A stretch of 63,585 nucleotides of DNA, counting the filler, from an uncultured bacterium (GTDB lineage Bacteria; CAYJOG01), in assembly GCA_964371695.1 (NCBI GenBank). It is 30 parts of 30 records of this genome, joined end to end, with 100 filler letters (N's around TTAATTAATTAA, not from the genome) between each part and the next. Parts side by side here need not be neighbours in the genome. Positions count along the whole stretch, not along the records: positions 51,352 to 53,329 come from CAYJOG010000592.1; positions 53,430 to 55,406 come from CAYJOG010000593.1; positions 55,507 to 57,473 come from CAYJOG010000594.1; positions 57,574 to 59,538 come from CAYJOG010000595.1; positions 59,639 to 61,532 come from CAYJOG010000596.1; positions 61,633 to 63,585 come from CAYJOG010000597.1; 24 more parts are not named here. One strand, written 5' to 3'. Each line of letters starts with the position of its first letter. Position 1 is the first letter of the stretch. Shown one piece after another: positions 52,160-62,475 of the stretch. Under the pieces are notes generated by a model. The model was not told the origin of the DNA. It saw only the letters and a program-made list of their open reading frames with translations, and ran no database searches. The position numbers and the translations under genes are program-made.

Positions 52160-52849
52160 ATGAGCAAGGTGATCTGGACCCCGCCGGGCAGCGGCGCGGA
52201 CAAACCTGAGCCAACCTCTGCCGGGCCAAGGGCCGCAGCGCCGCCCGCGCACGCCCCGTCTCACGCGCCGCCGGTGGAGGTGGAACACCACCCCACCCCC
52301 CAGGAAATGCACCAGGAACTGGGAGAAGCCCGCGCCCGCGTGGCCGAACTGACCACGCAGCTCAAATACCTCACGGCGGACATGGAGAACTTCCGCCGCC
52401 GCAAAGTCAAAGAGCTGGAGGACGTGCGCAAAAACACCCAGGCCGAGGTGCTGACTTCTTTTTTTCAGGTGATGGACGGCATCGAAGCCAGCCTGATGTT
52501 CAAGGATCAGGACCCGGTGCAGGTGGCCCAGGGCGTGAGCATGATTCACCACCAGTTGCGTCTGGTGCTGGAAAATCTGGGGGTGGAGGTGCTTTGTCCC
52601 GCACCCGGTGAGGCCGTGGACCCCATGTCCCACGAAGGTGTGGCCACCGAGGCCGCCACCGAGGGAAAACCCCCCGGCACCGTCACCTCGGTGGTGGCCA
52701 AGGGTTATCGCTGGGCAGACCGCCTGCTGCGCCCCGCCCGTGTGGTGGTGGCGGCAGCGCCCGAAAAAGAAGACCCGCCACCGGAAGACCCGCCCGCCGT
52801 GGCGATGCCGCAAGAGGTCCCCGCTGCGGACGGAGAGAACAAGGGATAA
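52160..52849 (+). CDS. grpE: Nucleotide exchange factor GrpE
   Basis: ADMENFRRR, DPMSHE, KGY..RLLRPARVVV. Confidence 0.95.
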   Translation: MSKVIWTPPGSGADKPEPTSAGPRAAAPPAHAPSHAPPVEVEHHPTPQEMHQELGEARARVAELTTQLKYLTADMENFRRRKVKELEDVRKNTQAEVLTSFFQVMDGIEASLMFKDQDPVQVAQGVSMIHHQLRLVLENLGVEVLCPAPGEAVDPMSHEGVATEAATEGKPPGTVTSVVAKGYRWADRLLRPARVVVAAAPEKEDPPPEDPPAVAMPQEVPAADGENKG

Positions 52850-53429
52850 TCACCAAGATGCCCCAACTTGCTTTTAGAGATGTGCTTGGGGGCTTTGCCC
52901 CCCAAACCCCCCACTGGGGGGTGAGGCGGAGTTCTGCCAGAGCACATTGGTGGTCTGGCCCGCCGAACGGGCATCCAAGGATGGATGCCCTGGATCCCGC
53001 CGCCAAGGATGGCATGGGGCTTTCATGGTGGTTATCCAGAAGTCGGCGCTTCGCGCTGAAGAACAGCGAAGAAAAAAACACTTCCTGCCGTCATTCCCGC
53101 GTAAGCGGGAATCCAGTAAAAACCAAAAGGTGTTTTGACCTTTGTTTTTATGCCACAGGCGAGACGCCCGTGGCTACTACAGAAAATGTTCGCTTGTCTT
53201 TCCGCCCTGCGGTTTCCACAGGTTGGGCCACCCCAGGCCGCACTGTGTGCGGCCATGGCTGCGCAGGAGCGCCCCAGCCGGAAGACAGCATTACTTCAGG
53301 AACGCAAACTTTGGAAAAACCCATTGTCTNNNNNNNNNNNNNNNNNNNNNNNNNNNNNNNNNNNNNNNNNNNNTTAATTAATTAANNNNNNNNNNNNNNN
53401 NNNNNNNNNNNNNNNNNNNNNNNNNNNNN

Positions 53430-54369
53430 TGATGGCCCCGCGCCGCGCCATGCGCGACACCCCCACCGCCAGGGCCACGGTAAAGGCGGCGGGCAGGCCC
53501 TCTGGAATGGACCCCACCGCCATGGCCACGGCGGTGAGGAACATTTCGCCCGCCGGTTTGCCCCTGAAGAACCCCAGGGCAAACGTCACGGCGGACAAGA
53601 GCAGAATCACCACCATCAGCACGTTGCTCAGGGCGGCCACCTGACGCGTGAGGGGCGTGGCGTGGGCGGTGGTTTCTCCCAGCAACTGGCTGATGCGCCC
53701 CATCTCGGTGTCGGCCCCCGTGGCGGTGGATATGCCCAGGGCGTCGCCACGGGTGACGAACGCCCCGGCAAAGGCCATGTTCTCGCGGTCGGCCAGCGCA
53801 GTGGCGGCAGGCAGGGGACTGGTGTGTTTGGAGGAAGGTTCCGACTCACCGGTGAGCGCGCTTTCGTCCACACAAAAATGATTCACCTGCAACAGGCGCA
53901 GATCGGCGGGCACCCGATCGCCCTGCACCAGCACCAGCACGTCGCCGGGCACGATGTCCGCTGCCGCCACCGTTTGGCGCACACCGCCGCGCACCACCGT
54001 GGCGTTGGAGGGCAGGGCCACCGACAGCGCCCGCAGGGCGGCGTGGGCCTTGCCCTCCTGCAGAAAACCCACCAGGGCGTTGAACAGCACCACCCCCAGA
54101 ATCACGCCGCCGTCCAGGGGGCCTTCCACCACCCAGGCCACACCGGCGGCCACCAGCAGCACCAGCATGAGGGGTTCCTTGATCTGCGCGAGAAAACGCA
54201 GCAGTGCCCCCGGCCCCCTGGCCTGGGGCAGACGGTTGGGGCCGTGTTGAGCCAGGCGGCGGGCGGCTTCATCCGGTGTCAGGCCGTGGGTGGTGTCCGT
54301 GGCCAGCGCCGCACACACCCCCGCCGGTGTCTCGGCAAAAGGTGACGGATGGGCTGGCGGCGCGGACAT
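53430..54369 (-). CDS. Cation-transporting P-type ATPase (type II), 3' truncated
   Basis: HGPNRL, VDESALTGES, IPEGLP. Confidence 0.95.
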
Positions 54370-54748
54370 GTCAGAACCAAGATACTATTCTGCCTCCATA
54401 TTTCCCTCTCCCCCATTTGGCATAACTCTTAGCCCAAGCAGTTGAAAAGATGTTTGATTATTGACCGCCCATCATTTTACCCCCCATGCTCTTTGTTTGG
54501 TTTGTCGGTTTCATCCGTGAAACCTTACAAACAGCGCCGCACGGTTCAGCCCAGCCCAAAAAATCTGACTTGTTTGCGGGGTGTTTGGATTCAAAGAACG
54601 CTTTGGGTGGGCACCGACCGCTCTGAACTGGCGGCGGAAACGGCCATCCTGGCCTCTGGCCACGGATGCAACCAACCTTGGCGGGGAATTCAGGTCAAAT
54701 CTGTCTATGCTCTATCCTGCGCCAGCACACCCTGACAAGGAGAACGTC

Positions 54749-55406
54749 ATGAAACCCACCTTCAGCATTCCCACCGGCCTGCTGCACAACGAAGACGAAT
54801 TCACCCATCCGTTTTTCCAGCGGTTCAAATTGCGTCACGCCCCCGCGCCCATCCGGCTCAACGAAAAAATCAGCAAAAATTATTCCTTCCCCACTTTTTA
54901 CAACAACGTCACCTGCGCCATGGCGATTTACCACTGCGACTACGACGCCGCCCACGCGCTCATGCCCCACCCCAAAATGTTGCCCGTGCGCATGACGCTG
55001 GACCGTTCGCTGGTGGTGTTCTCGTGTTACGCCTATCGCTCGGTGATGAACGTGCCGCCTTATCACGAAGTGGCCATGACGATTCCGGTGATGGTGGACC
55101 CCCTCATCAACGTGCCGGTGCTGCCCATGATCAGCGACGCCTTCAAGGAGTTTGGTTATTACGTGTTCTCCATGCCGGTGACCAGCGAAGAAAACCGCCT
55201 GCGGGGCAACAACATCTGGGGTCTGCCCAAGGTGACGCAGGCCATCGAAATCACCGAGCAGGGGGGCGACAACATCACCACCATTTATGAAGAAACCGGC
55301 GAGCCGTATCTGCGGGTGACGGTGCCCACGGCGGGCAGCAAGGAACATTTTGACGCCCAGGGTTATCTCTACACCCGCCTGGGCAACGACTTTTTACGGG
55401 CCAAAA
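54749..55406 (+). CDS. Acetoacetate decarboxylase-family protein, 3' truncated
   Basis: SD AAGGAG; PYHEV, MPVT, GNNIWGLPK (Schiff-base Lys motif). Confidence 0.7.
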
Positions 55407-55507
55407 NNNNNNNNNNNNNNNNNNNNNNNNNNNNNNNNNNNNNNNNNNNNTTAATTAATTAANNNNNNNNNNNNNNNNNNNNNNNNNNNNNNNNNNNNNN
55501 NNNNNNC

Positions 55508-57151
55508 ACCCTGGCCACCCACACCAGCCGGGGCTGTGTCTACAGTTGTTCCTTCTGCACCAGCAACCCGGCGGGCGACAAAAAAAGCTTCCGGCCTTTT
55601 GACCTGAACGAAGCCGCTGCCTACTGGAAAAACGTTCAGAATGCCGTGGGCCTGGAGCGGCTGGTGGTGCTGGATGAACTGGCCAACGGCCAACCGGCCC
55701 ACTTTGAGCAGCTTCTGGACATTGCGGAGTCCCTGGGGATCCAGTTGAGTTTTCCCAATGGCCTGCGGGCCGACCGCCTGACGCGGGAGCACGTGCGCCG
55801 CCTGTCTGCGCGTTGCCCGCGCCTGTCGGTCAGCGCCGAAAGCGCGTCGCCCGACGTGCGCGAAGGGCTGATTCACAAACGCCTGCCCCAAGGCAAAATC
55901 GAACAGGTGGCCCGGTGGTGCCACGAAGACAACCTGCCCCTGCTGGTGCATTACATGGTGGGCCACGCCACAGAGACACCCCGCCAGATCAATCAAACAT
56001 TCGACGAAGCCATGGCGCTCAAACAGCGTTATGGCGCAGACCCGGCCATGCAGGTGGCCACCCCCCTGCCCGGCAGCCGGTTTTTTGCCGAGATGCGACA
56101 GCAGGGATTGCTGATGCAGGAACCCGTGGACGATTTCCAGCCCTGGTTTCACACGCCGGGGCTGGTGGACACACAACATTTTTCCGCCCCGGAACTGTCC
56201 CGCGCCCTGCGGCTGTTCCAACTCAAAAAACGCAGCCTGAAGCCCGAAAAAATCATTCTCAACCTCACCTATGTGTGCAACAACCAATGCACCTTCTGCG
56301 CCACGGGCAACCGTTTCAAGGGCCATGCCGACCTGAGCCATTACCTTTCACTGCTCACAACCCATTACCAGAAGGGCATAAGGCTGGTGGACTTTGACGG
56401 GGGCGAACCCACGCTTTATCCCCATTTTCTCAAGGTCATCCGACACGCCCGGCAAACGGGTTATGACAAGATCAACCTCACCACCAACGGCCGCCTGCTG
56501 GCCTATGAAGAAACCGCCCGCAAGGTGCTCGCGAGCGGCCTCACCGAACTGCTCATCAGTTTTCACGGCCACACCGCCGACTATCACGAACACCAGACCC
56601 AGGCCCCCGGCAGCTACGCCCAAAGCCTCGCAGGCATCCGCAATATGCTGAAACTGGGTGGCGACACGCTGGTGTCCTTTGGCGTGAACTTCACCCTCAC
56701 GGCCCACAACGCCCCCATCGTGCGGGACTACATCGCCTTTGTGGCCGACCTGGGCGTGCGGCGGGTGAACCTGCAATTCGTCACGCCCTTTGGCCGGGCC
56801 AATCCCAAAGACGTGCCCGACCCGGCACAGGCCGCCCGACATGTCGCCGCCGCACTGGATGAGTTTGGCGAACAAATGAACATTCAGGTCATCAACCTGC
56901 CCTTTTGTTTTTTGAAGGGCCACGAACAGCACCTTTCTGGCGACGTGGCCAAGGCGGCCCGCACCATGGTGTTTGTGAGCGAGCAGGAGGTAAACCTGGC
57001 CGGGTTTCTGGAAGTCACGCGGCACAAGACCGAAACCTGCCAGGACTGCCTCTATGCCGTGGCCTGCGATGGTTTTTATGACTTCTCCAAAGCCGAAAGC
57101 CTGAGTGGCCCCGTGCCGCTGGACACCGCCCAGGTGGGCGGGCGGGTTTAG
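55508..57151 (+). CDS. Double radical-SAM fusion protein, 5' truncated
   Basis: In-frame SRGCVYSCSFC (55535-55558) and YVCNNQCTFC (56276-56299), GGEPT, C-terminal CQDCLYAVAC. Confidence 0.9.
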   Translation, partial: TLATHTSRGCVYSCSFCTSNPAGDKKSFRPFDLNEAAAYWKNVQNAVGLERLVVLDELANGQPAHFEQLLDIAESLGIQLSFPNGLRADRLTREHVRRLSARCPRLSVSAESASPDVREGLIHKRLPQGKIEQVARWCHEDNLPLLVHYMVGHATETPRQINQTFDEAMALKQRYGADPAMQVATPLPGSRFFAEMRQQGLLMQEPVDDFQPWFHTPGLVDTQHFSAPELSRALRLFQLKKRSLKPEKIILNLTYVCNNQCTFCATGNRFKGHADLSHYLSLLTTHYQKGIRLVDFDGGEPTLYPHFLKVIRHARQTGYDKINLTTNGRLLAYEETARKVLASGLTELLISFHGHTADYHEHQTQAPGSYAQSLAGIRNMLKLGGDTLVSFGVNFTLTAHNAPIVRDYIAFVADLGVRRVNLQFVTPFGRANPKDVPDPAQAARHVAAALDEFGEQMNIQVINLPFCFLKGHEQHLSGDVAKAARTMVFVSEQEVNLAGFLEVTRHKTETCQDCLYAVACDGFYDFSKAESLSGPVPLDTAQVGGRV

Positions 57152-57205
57152 AGCATTTTCGGAATTGGTGAGTCAGACACGGCCCGAAAGCCCCACCCTG
57201 GCTGC

Positions 57206-57397
57206 CGTCATTCCCGCGAAAGCGGGAATCCAGTCAAAAACACAAGAAAAAACCAGCTCTGGTGGCGCGAGTAGCCACAGGCGTCCCCGCCTGTGGTCTT
57301 GCCTGCGTTCATATAAAAGGCAGGCGAGACGCCTGCCCCACCAGAAAAATGTTTTTTGTCCATGTTCTACTGGATTCCCGCTTTCGCGGGAATGACG
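57206..57397. repeat. Composite REP element with inverted CGTC REPs flanking a GTGG doublet
   Basis: Terminal REPs 57206-57233 and 57370-57397 are exact inverted copies. Confidence 0.88.
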
Positions 57398-57423
57398 GCA
57401 GAAGTGTTCGAGGACTTTTTCTG

Positions 57424-57473
57424 ATACAAATTTTCAATCGAAACAACATTAACCCTGAGCGATGAGCCGGTTT
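57424..57473. mobile_element. ~94-bp MITE, partial copy at contig end
   Basis: ATACAAATTTTCAATCGAAACAACATTAACCCTGAGCGATGA. Confidence 0.7.
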
Positions 57474-57573
57474 NNNNNNNNNNNNNNNNNNNNNNNNNNN
57501 NNNNNNNNNNNNNNNNNTTAATTAATTAANNNNNNNNNNNNNNNNNNNNNNNNNNNNNNNNNNNNNNNNNNNN

Positions 57574-59538
57574 GCGCAGGGCTTCTTCGATGGTGGTTTT
57601 GCGTTCCAGCACCTTGCGGATGCCGTCTTTGGCCAGGGTGCTCATGCCCTGCTCGGTGGCGATGCGCTTGATGCCCACGGCGCTGCCCCGGCTGACGATT
57701 TCGCGGCGGATGGCGTCGTTGACCATCATGAACTCGTGTACGCCCATGCGGCCCTTGTAACCCGTGCCGTTGCAGGTGTCGCAGCCCTTGCCCCGGTAAA
57801 GCTTCAGCCCCGGCACCGGGCGGATGCCCAGGCGCTCGAGGCTGGTGGGATTGGGTTCGTAGGCTTCCTTGCACTCGGCGCAAATGCGGCGGATGAGCCG
57901 CTGAGCCAGCACGCCGATAAGCGAGCTGGACACCAGAAACGGCTCGATGCCCATGTGGAACAGGCGCGTGACCGTGGCGGCGCTGTCATTCGCGTGGATG
58001 GTGCCCAGCACAAGGTGACCCGTGAGCGCGGCCTCCACGGCGATTTTGGCGGTTTCGGTATCGCGGATTTCGCCCACCAGAATGATGTCCGGGTCTTGCC
58101 GCAACATGGCACGCAGGGCCTTGGCAAAGGTCATGTCGGCCTTCACGTTCACCTCGGCCTGGGTAATGCCCGACAACTGGTATTCGATGGGGTCTTCCAC
58201 CGTGGTGATGTTCACATCAACGCTGTTGAGGTAGTTGAGCGCGGCATAGAGCGTGGTGGTTTTGCCGCTGCCCGTTGGCCCGGACACCAGAATGATGCCG
58301 TAGGGTTTTTCGATGATGTCCATCCAGCGGGTGTAGTTTTCTTCGCTGAAACCCAGGCGATCGATGGTGACCATGACGTTGCTTTTGTCGAGCACGCGCA
58401 TGGTGACTTTTTCGCCGAACATGGTGGGCACGGTGGCCACGCGCAGGTCATAAGGTTTGCCGTCAATGCGCAGCGAAATGCGGCCATCCTGGGGCAGGCG
58501 GCGCTCGGCGATGTCCAGCTTGGCCATGATCTTGAAGCGGCTCACCAGCGCGCCGTGCAGCTTGCGGGGAATCTGCATGGTCTCGGCCAGCACGCCGTCT
58601 TGCCGGTAGCGGATGCGTGTGTGCAGTTTCAGGGGTTCCACGTGAATATCGCTGGAGCCGCTCTTGATGGCCTGCATGAGCACGGCGTTGCCGAACTTGA
58701 TGATGGGGCTTTCCTCGCCCATCGCGCGTAACTGGTCTACGCCGATTTCTTCATCACCCTCCACCTCGGCGGTAGAGGTTTCCTCCATGTTGTTGGTGAG
58801 GTCGCTGATGAGCTGGTCGGCGTCGAGCTTTTTCTGGAAGGCGCGAGCGATGGCCTCGTTCAGGCGGTTTTCCACCGCAATCAGCGGCACCACGCGGGTT
58901 TTGGTGAGCATCTCCACGTCGTCAATGGCCAGGATGTTCATGGGGTTGACCATGGCCAGCAGCAACTTGCCCTCGCGCACCTCAAGGGGCAGCAGCTTTT
59001 TTTGCTGGCAAATGCCGCGGGGCACCTTTTTGACCAGTTCGGGTTCGGGCGTGATGCGGGTGATGTCCACAAAAGGCACACCCATCTGCAGGCCGATGGC
59101 CTCGGTGATGTTCTCCTGCGTCACCAGACCTTCGTCTTCAAGCAACTTGCCCAGGAACACCCCGCCCCTGGCTTTTTGCAGTTCGATGGCCTCGTTTAAT
59201 TGCGCTGCGGTGAGATAACCCGCGTCCACCAGAATGTCGCCCAGGCGTTTTTTGAGGGGCCGGAGTTTGGGGGGAAGGCCCCTGCCCTCCCAACTGTAAC
59301 CGTCGTTGCGGCGATCCAGCATGGCGGTGGCGGCCTCCAGCGAGCTGGGGGCGGCTTTGGCGCCGACAGCAGGGGGAGCCGCCGGGGGCGTGGCCCCGGC
59401 TTTGGCGGCGGGCTGACCCCCATTGGGTGGCTGACCGTTGGGTGGTTGCCCACCGGCGGCGGGCTGAGCGGCCTGGGGCGCGGGGCGCGGCGCACCAGCC
59501 CCCGGCGCAGCGGCTGGGCGCAAAGCGCCGGTGGGGGG
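57574..59538 (-). CDS. pilB: PilB/GspE assembly ATPase with MshEN domain, truncated both ends
   Basis: RLGDILVDAG..LNEAIELQ, SDIHVEP, RLPQDG, GPTGSGKT, LRQDPD, CAEC/CDTC zinc motif. Confidence 0.9.
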
Positions 59539-59638
59539 NNNNNNNNNNNNNNNNNNNNNNNNNNNNNNNNNNNNNNNNNNNNTTAATTAATTAANNNNNN
59601 NNNNNNNNNNNNNNNNNNNNNNNNNNNNNNNNNNNNNN

Positions 59639-61500
59639 ACACACCCCTGTGCGTGGCCGTGGCCATGGGGCGCAGCGCCCTGCTGCCCCTGCTGCTGCAA
59701 GGCAAGGCCGACAGTCTGTCGCCTTGCCTGAATGGCGCGCTGCCGCTTCATTTGGCTGCCGCACAGGGCAACATCTCCCTCACCCATATATTGCTGGACG
59801 CCCCACACAACCTGCGCTGGCGGGATGGTTATGGCGCCACGGCGCTGCACTTGGCGGCGGCAGGGGGAAACGAAGAAGTGGTGCATCTGTTGCTGAAAAA
59901 AGGGGCCGACCTCACTGCCCATGACCAGTGGGGCCGCACCCCCCGCGAAGTGGCCCGTCAGATGAAACACACCCACCTGCTGGAACCCCTCACACCCGGC
60001 CATAAACCACAACCTCCCCGGTTGCCCAAAACGCCAAAAGCAGCCGACAGGGTGGAAGCCCCTCCCGTGCCGCCCCAAAACACCCCCCAGCATTTCCCGG
60101 TGCCCACCACCACCAGCCCCCTACACAACGCCGTGCTGCAACAGGACATGGCCGCGCTGAACACCCTGCTTTCCGGCTCCCGCGAAACCCTGGACCACGG
60201 CAACAACGCCGTGGGCGGCCAGACCGCCCTGCACCTGGCCGCGGCGGCGGCGCGGCTGGACATGGTGCGCGTGCTGTTGCGCGCCGGAGCCAACCCCAAG
60301 CTGGGAGACAACCGGGGCCTCACGCCCCTGCATCTGGCCCCTTCGGCGCTCATTGCCCAGGCCCTGCTGGCGGCGGGCGCAGACCCCAACGCCACCACAC
60401 AGGCCATGGACACGCCCCTGCATCTGGCGGCGCTGAACAACCGCCTGGGCGTCATCAAAACCCTGCTGAACACCGGGGCCGATGCGGGCCTCCTCAACCA
60501 GTCGGGCCGCACGGCGCTGGACCTTGCCGAGCTGATGGCAGGCAGCGAAGTGACCACTTTTCTGGCCGCCAAAACGGTGAGCACCCATTCGGCCTCGGCA
60601 GACCTCTCGCCCCCACGGGCACTGACTCCCGGCGTGGCGCCGCCCCCTGCCCCCTCCTCAACTGTTTCTCCAACGCCGCCCCCTTCTCAAACCCCTGAGA
60701 CCTCAGCGGCGGTTTCAACACCTGCGCCAGCGGATTCACCGCCTCCCCCCTCAAGCCCCGACACCGATCCTCCAAAAGCGGAAAAACCTTCCAAAAAAAC
60801 TTCACCCAAAACACCTGACCCCGCCAGCATTACACAGGCCCAGCAACTGCTGGAAGCCGTGCTGGCCGGTGACCGGCTGAGCGTGCAGGAACTGCTGGAG
60901 GCCGGTGTGGCCGTGTCGGTGCGCGATGACCAGGGCCTGACGGGGGTGCATCTGGCGGCCTCCAAGGGAGACCTCGAAATGCTGAAACTGCTGCTGGAAA
61001 AAGGCGCGCCGGTGAACGCCAAAGATCAATACGGCATCACACCCCTGCATCTGGCCGCTGTAAAAGGTCACCAGCAGGCGGCGGAACTGCTGCGCCGCAA
61101 CGGCGCGGGAACGGATTTTTTCATTGAAGTGTCGCTGGGCAATCTGGCGCTGGTGAAAGAAAAAGCCACCACCCTTTCGCTGAAAGAACTGCAAGGCCCC
61201 AAAGGCACCAATCCCCTGCACTGGGTGCGGGACGCCGCCATGACAGAGTTTCTGCTTTCACAAAAAGTTTCGCCCACCCAACTGGCGGTGGAAGACGTGA
61301 CGCCCCTGCATCTTGTGAGCGGCCAGGGACTGATGGAAGTGGCGGTGCTGCTGAAACAGCATGGGGCAGACCTGAACGCCGCAGACGCCAGCGGCAACAC
61401 ACCCCTGGACTGGGCACTGTTAGGGGGGCATCACGCCCTGGCCAGTTGGTTGGTGAATCAATCCGCCAAAACCGGCGCGCAGATCAGGAAAAAGCCCTGA
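59639..61500 (+). CDS. Ankyrin-repeat protein with Pro/Ser/Thr linkers, 5' truncated
   Basis: About ten G-x-TPLHLAA-type repeats in three blocks. Confidence 0.95.
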
Positions 61501-61760
61501 AACCCTCTTCTTTTTCCCCCTTTTTTCCGTCTNNNNNNNNNNNNNNNNNNNNNNNNNNNNNNNNNNNNNNNNNNNNTTAATTAATTAANNNNNNNNNNNN
61601 NNNNNNNNNNNNNNNNNNNNNNNNNNNNNNNNGGCGGGCGGCGAACAACGCCCCCCCCCCCCCGGGTGAGGGCGGCACCCGGCTGAGTAAAAACCACGCC
61701 GTGTCCGGGTGAGGGGGAAAGAAAACACCCGCCGAAACAAGGGTTTTTGGTAAGCCAGCC

Positions 61761-61829
61761 GTTCCCCCTCACCCGCCTTGGGTTTCGCTTCGCTCAACCC
61801 TCGGCTGCCCTCTCCCTCGGGGAGAGGGC
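61761..61829. repeat. CCCTCACCC..CCCTCTCCC/GGGAGAGGG-family repeat (representative)
   Basis: Related copies at 8746-8815, 34569-34611, 34707-34745, 21386-21458, 28031-28056. Confidence 0.8.
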
Positions 61830-61874
61830 ATTTTCAGATCACTTTCTGAGCCTGCGCCTCTTTGCGGCCTTCTG

Positions 61875-62471
61875 TCAGCCAATCTTGCCCGGATACAGTT
61901 CCAGTTTTTTCAGCAGCGCCCGCAGTTTGGAAAAGTCCTGCACCATTTCGTCTTTGCCCTGGGGGTTGCGCAGCGCGTAGGCCGGGTGATACATGGGCAT
62001 GAACAGCCTGTCTTCCTGGCGGATGATTTTGCCGTGCATCTGGCTGATCTTCTGCCCCTCGCCCAGCATGGCCGCCAGACTGAAGCGCCCCAGCGTGGCG
62101 ATGATTCTGGGGTTGATGAGGCTGATCTGGCTGAGCAGGTATTCCGAGCAGTGTTCCAGTTCGGCGGGGGAAGGATCGCGGTTGGCGGGGGGGCGGCACT
62201 TGACGACGTTGGCGATGTAAACGTCCGCTCGCGTCAGGCCCATTTTTTCGATGAGCTTGGTGAGGAACTGGCCGCTGCGGCCCACAAACGGCTCACCCTG
62301 TTCGTCTTCATCCGCGCCGGGGGCCTCGCCGATGAACAGCAGCGGGCTGTTGAGGTCGCCCACGCCAAACACCGCCTGTTTGCGGCCCCTGTGCAGTCCG
62401 CACCGCTGACAACCGGCCACCACCTGCGCCAGGGCCTGGGCGATGTCGGTTTTGTCGGGGGCAGTGGTCAT
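61875..62471 (-). CDS. Uracil-DNA glycosylase family 4
   Basis: CQRCGL, IGEAPG, PFVGRSG, NVVKCRPP, YHPAY. Confidence 0.95.
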   Translation of the reverse strand: MTTAPDKTDIAQALAQVVAGCQRCGLHRGRKQAVFGVGDLNSPLLFIGEAPGADEDEQGEPFVGRSGQFLTKLIEKMGLTRADVYIANVVKCRPPANRDPSPAELEHCSEYLLSQISLINPRIIATLGRFSLAAMLGEGQKISQMHGKIIRQEDRLFMPMYHPAYALRNPQGKDEMVQDFSKLRALLKKLELYPGKIG

Positions 62472-62475
62472 GGGT

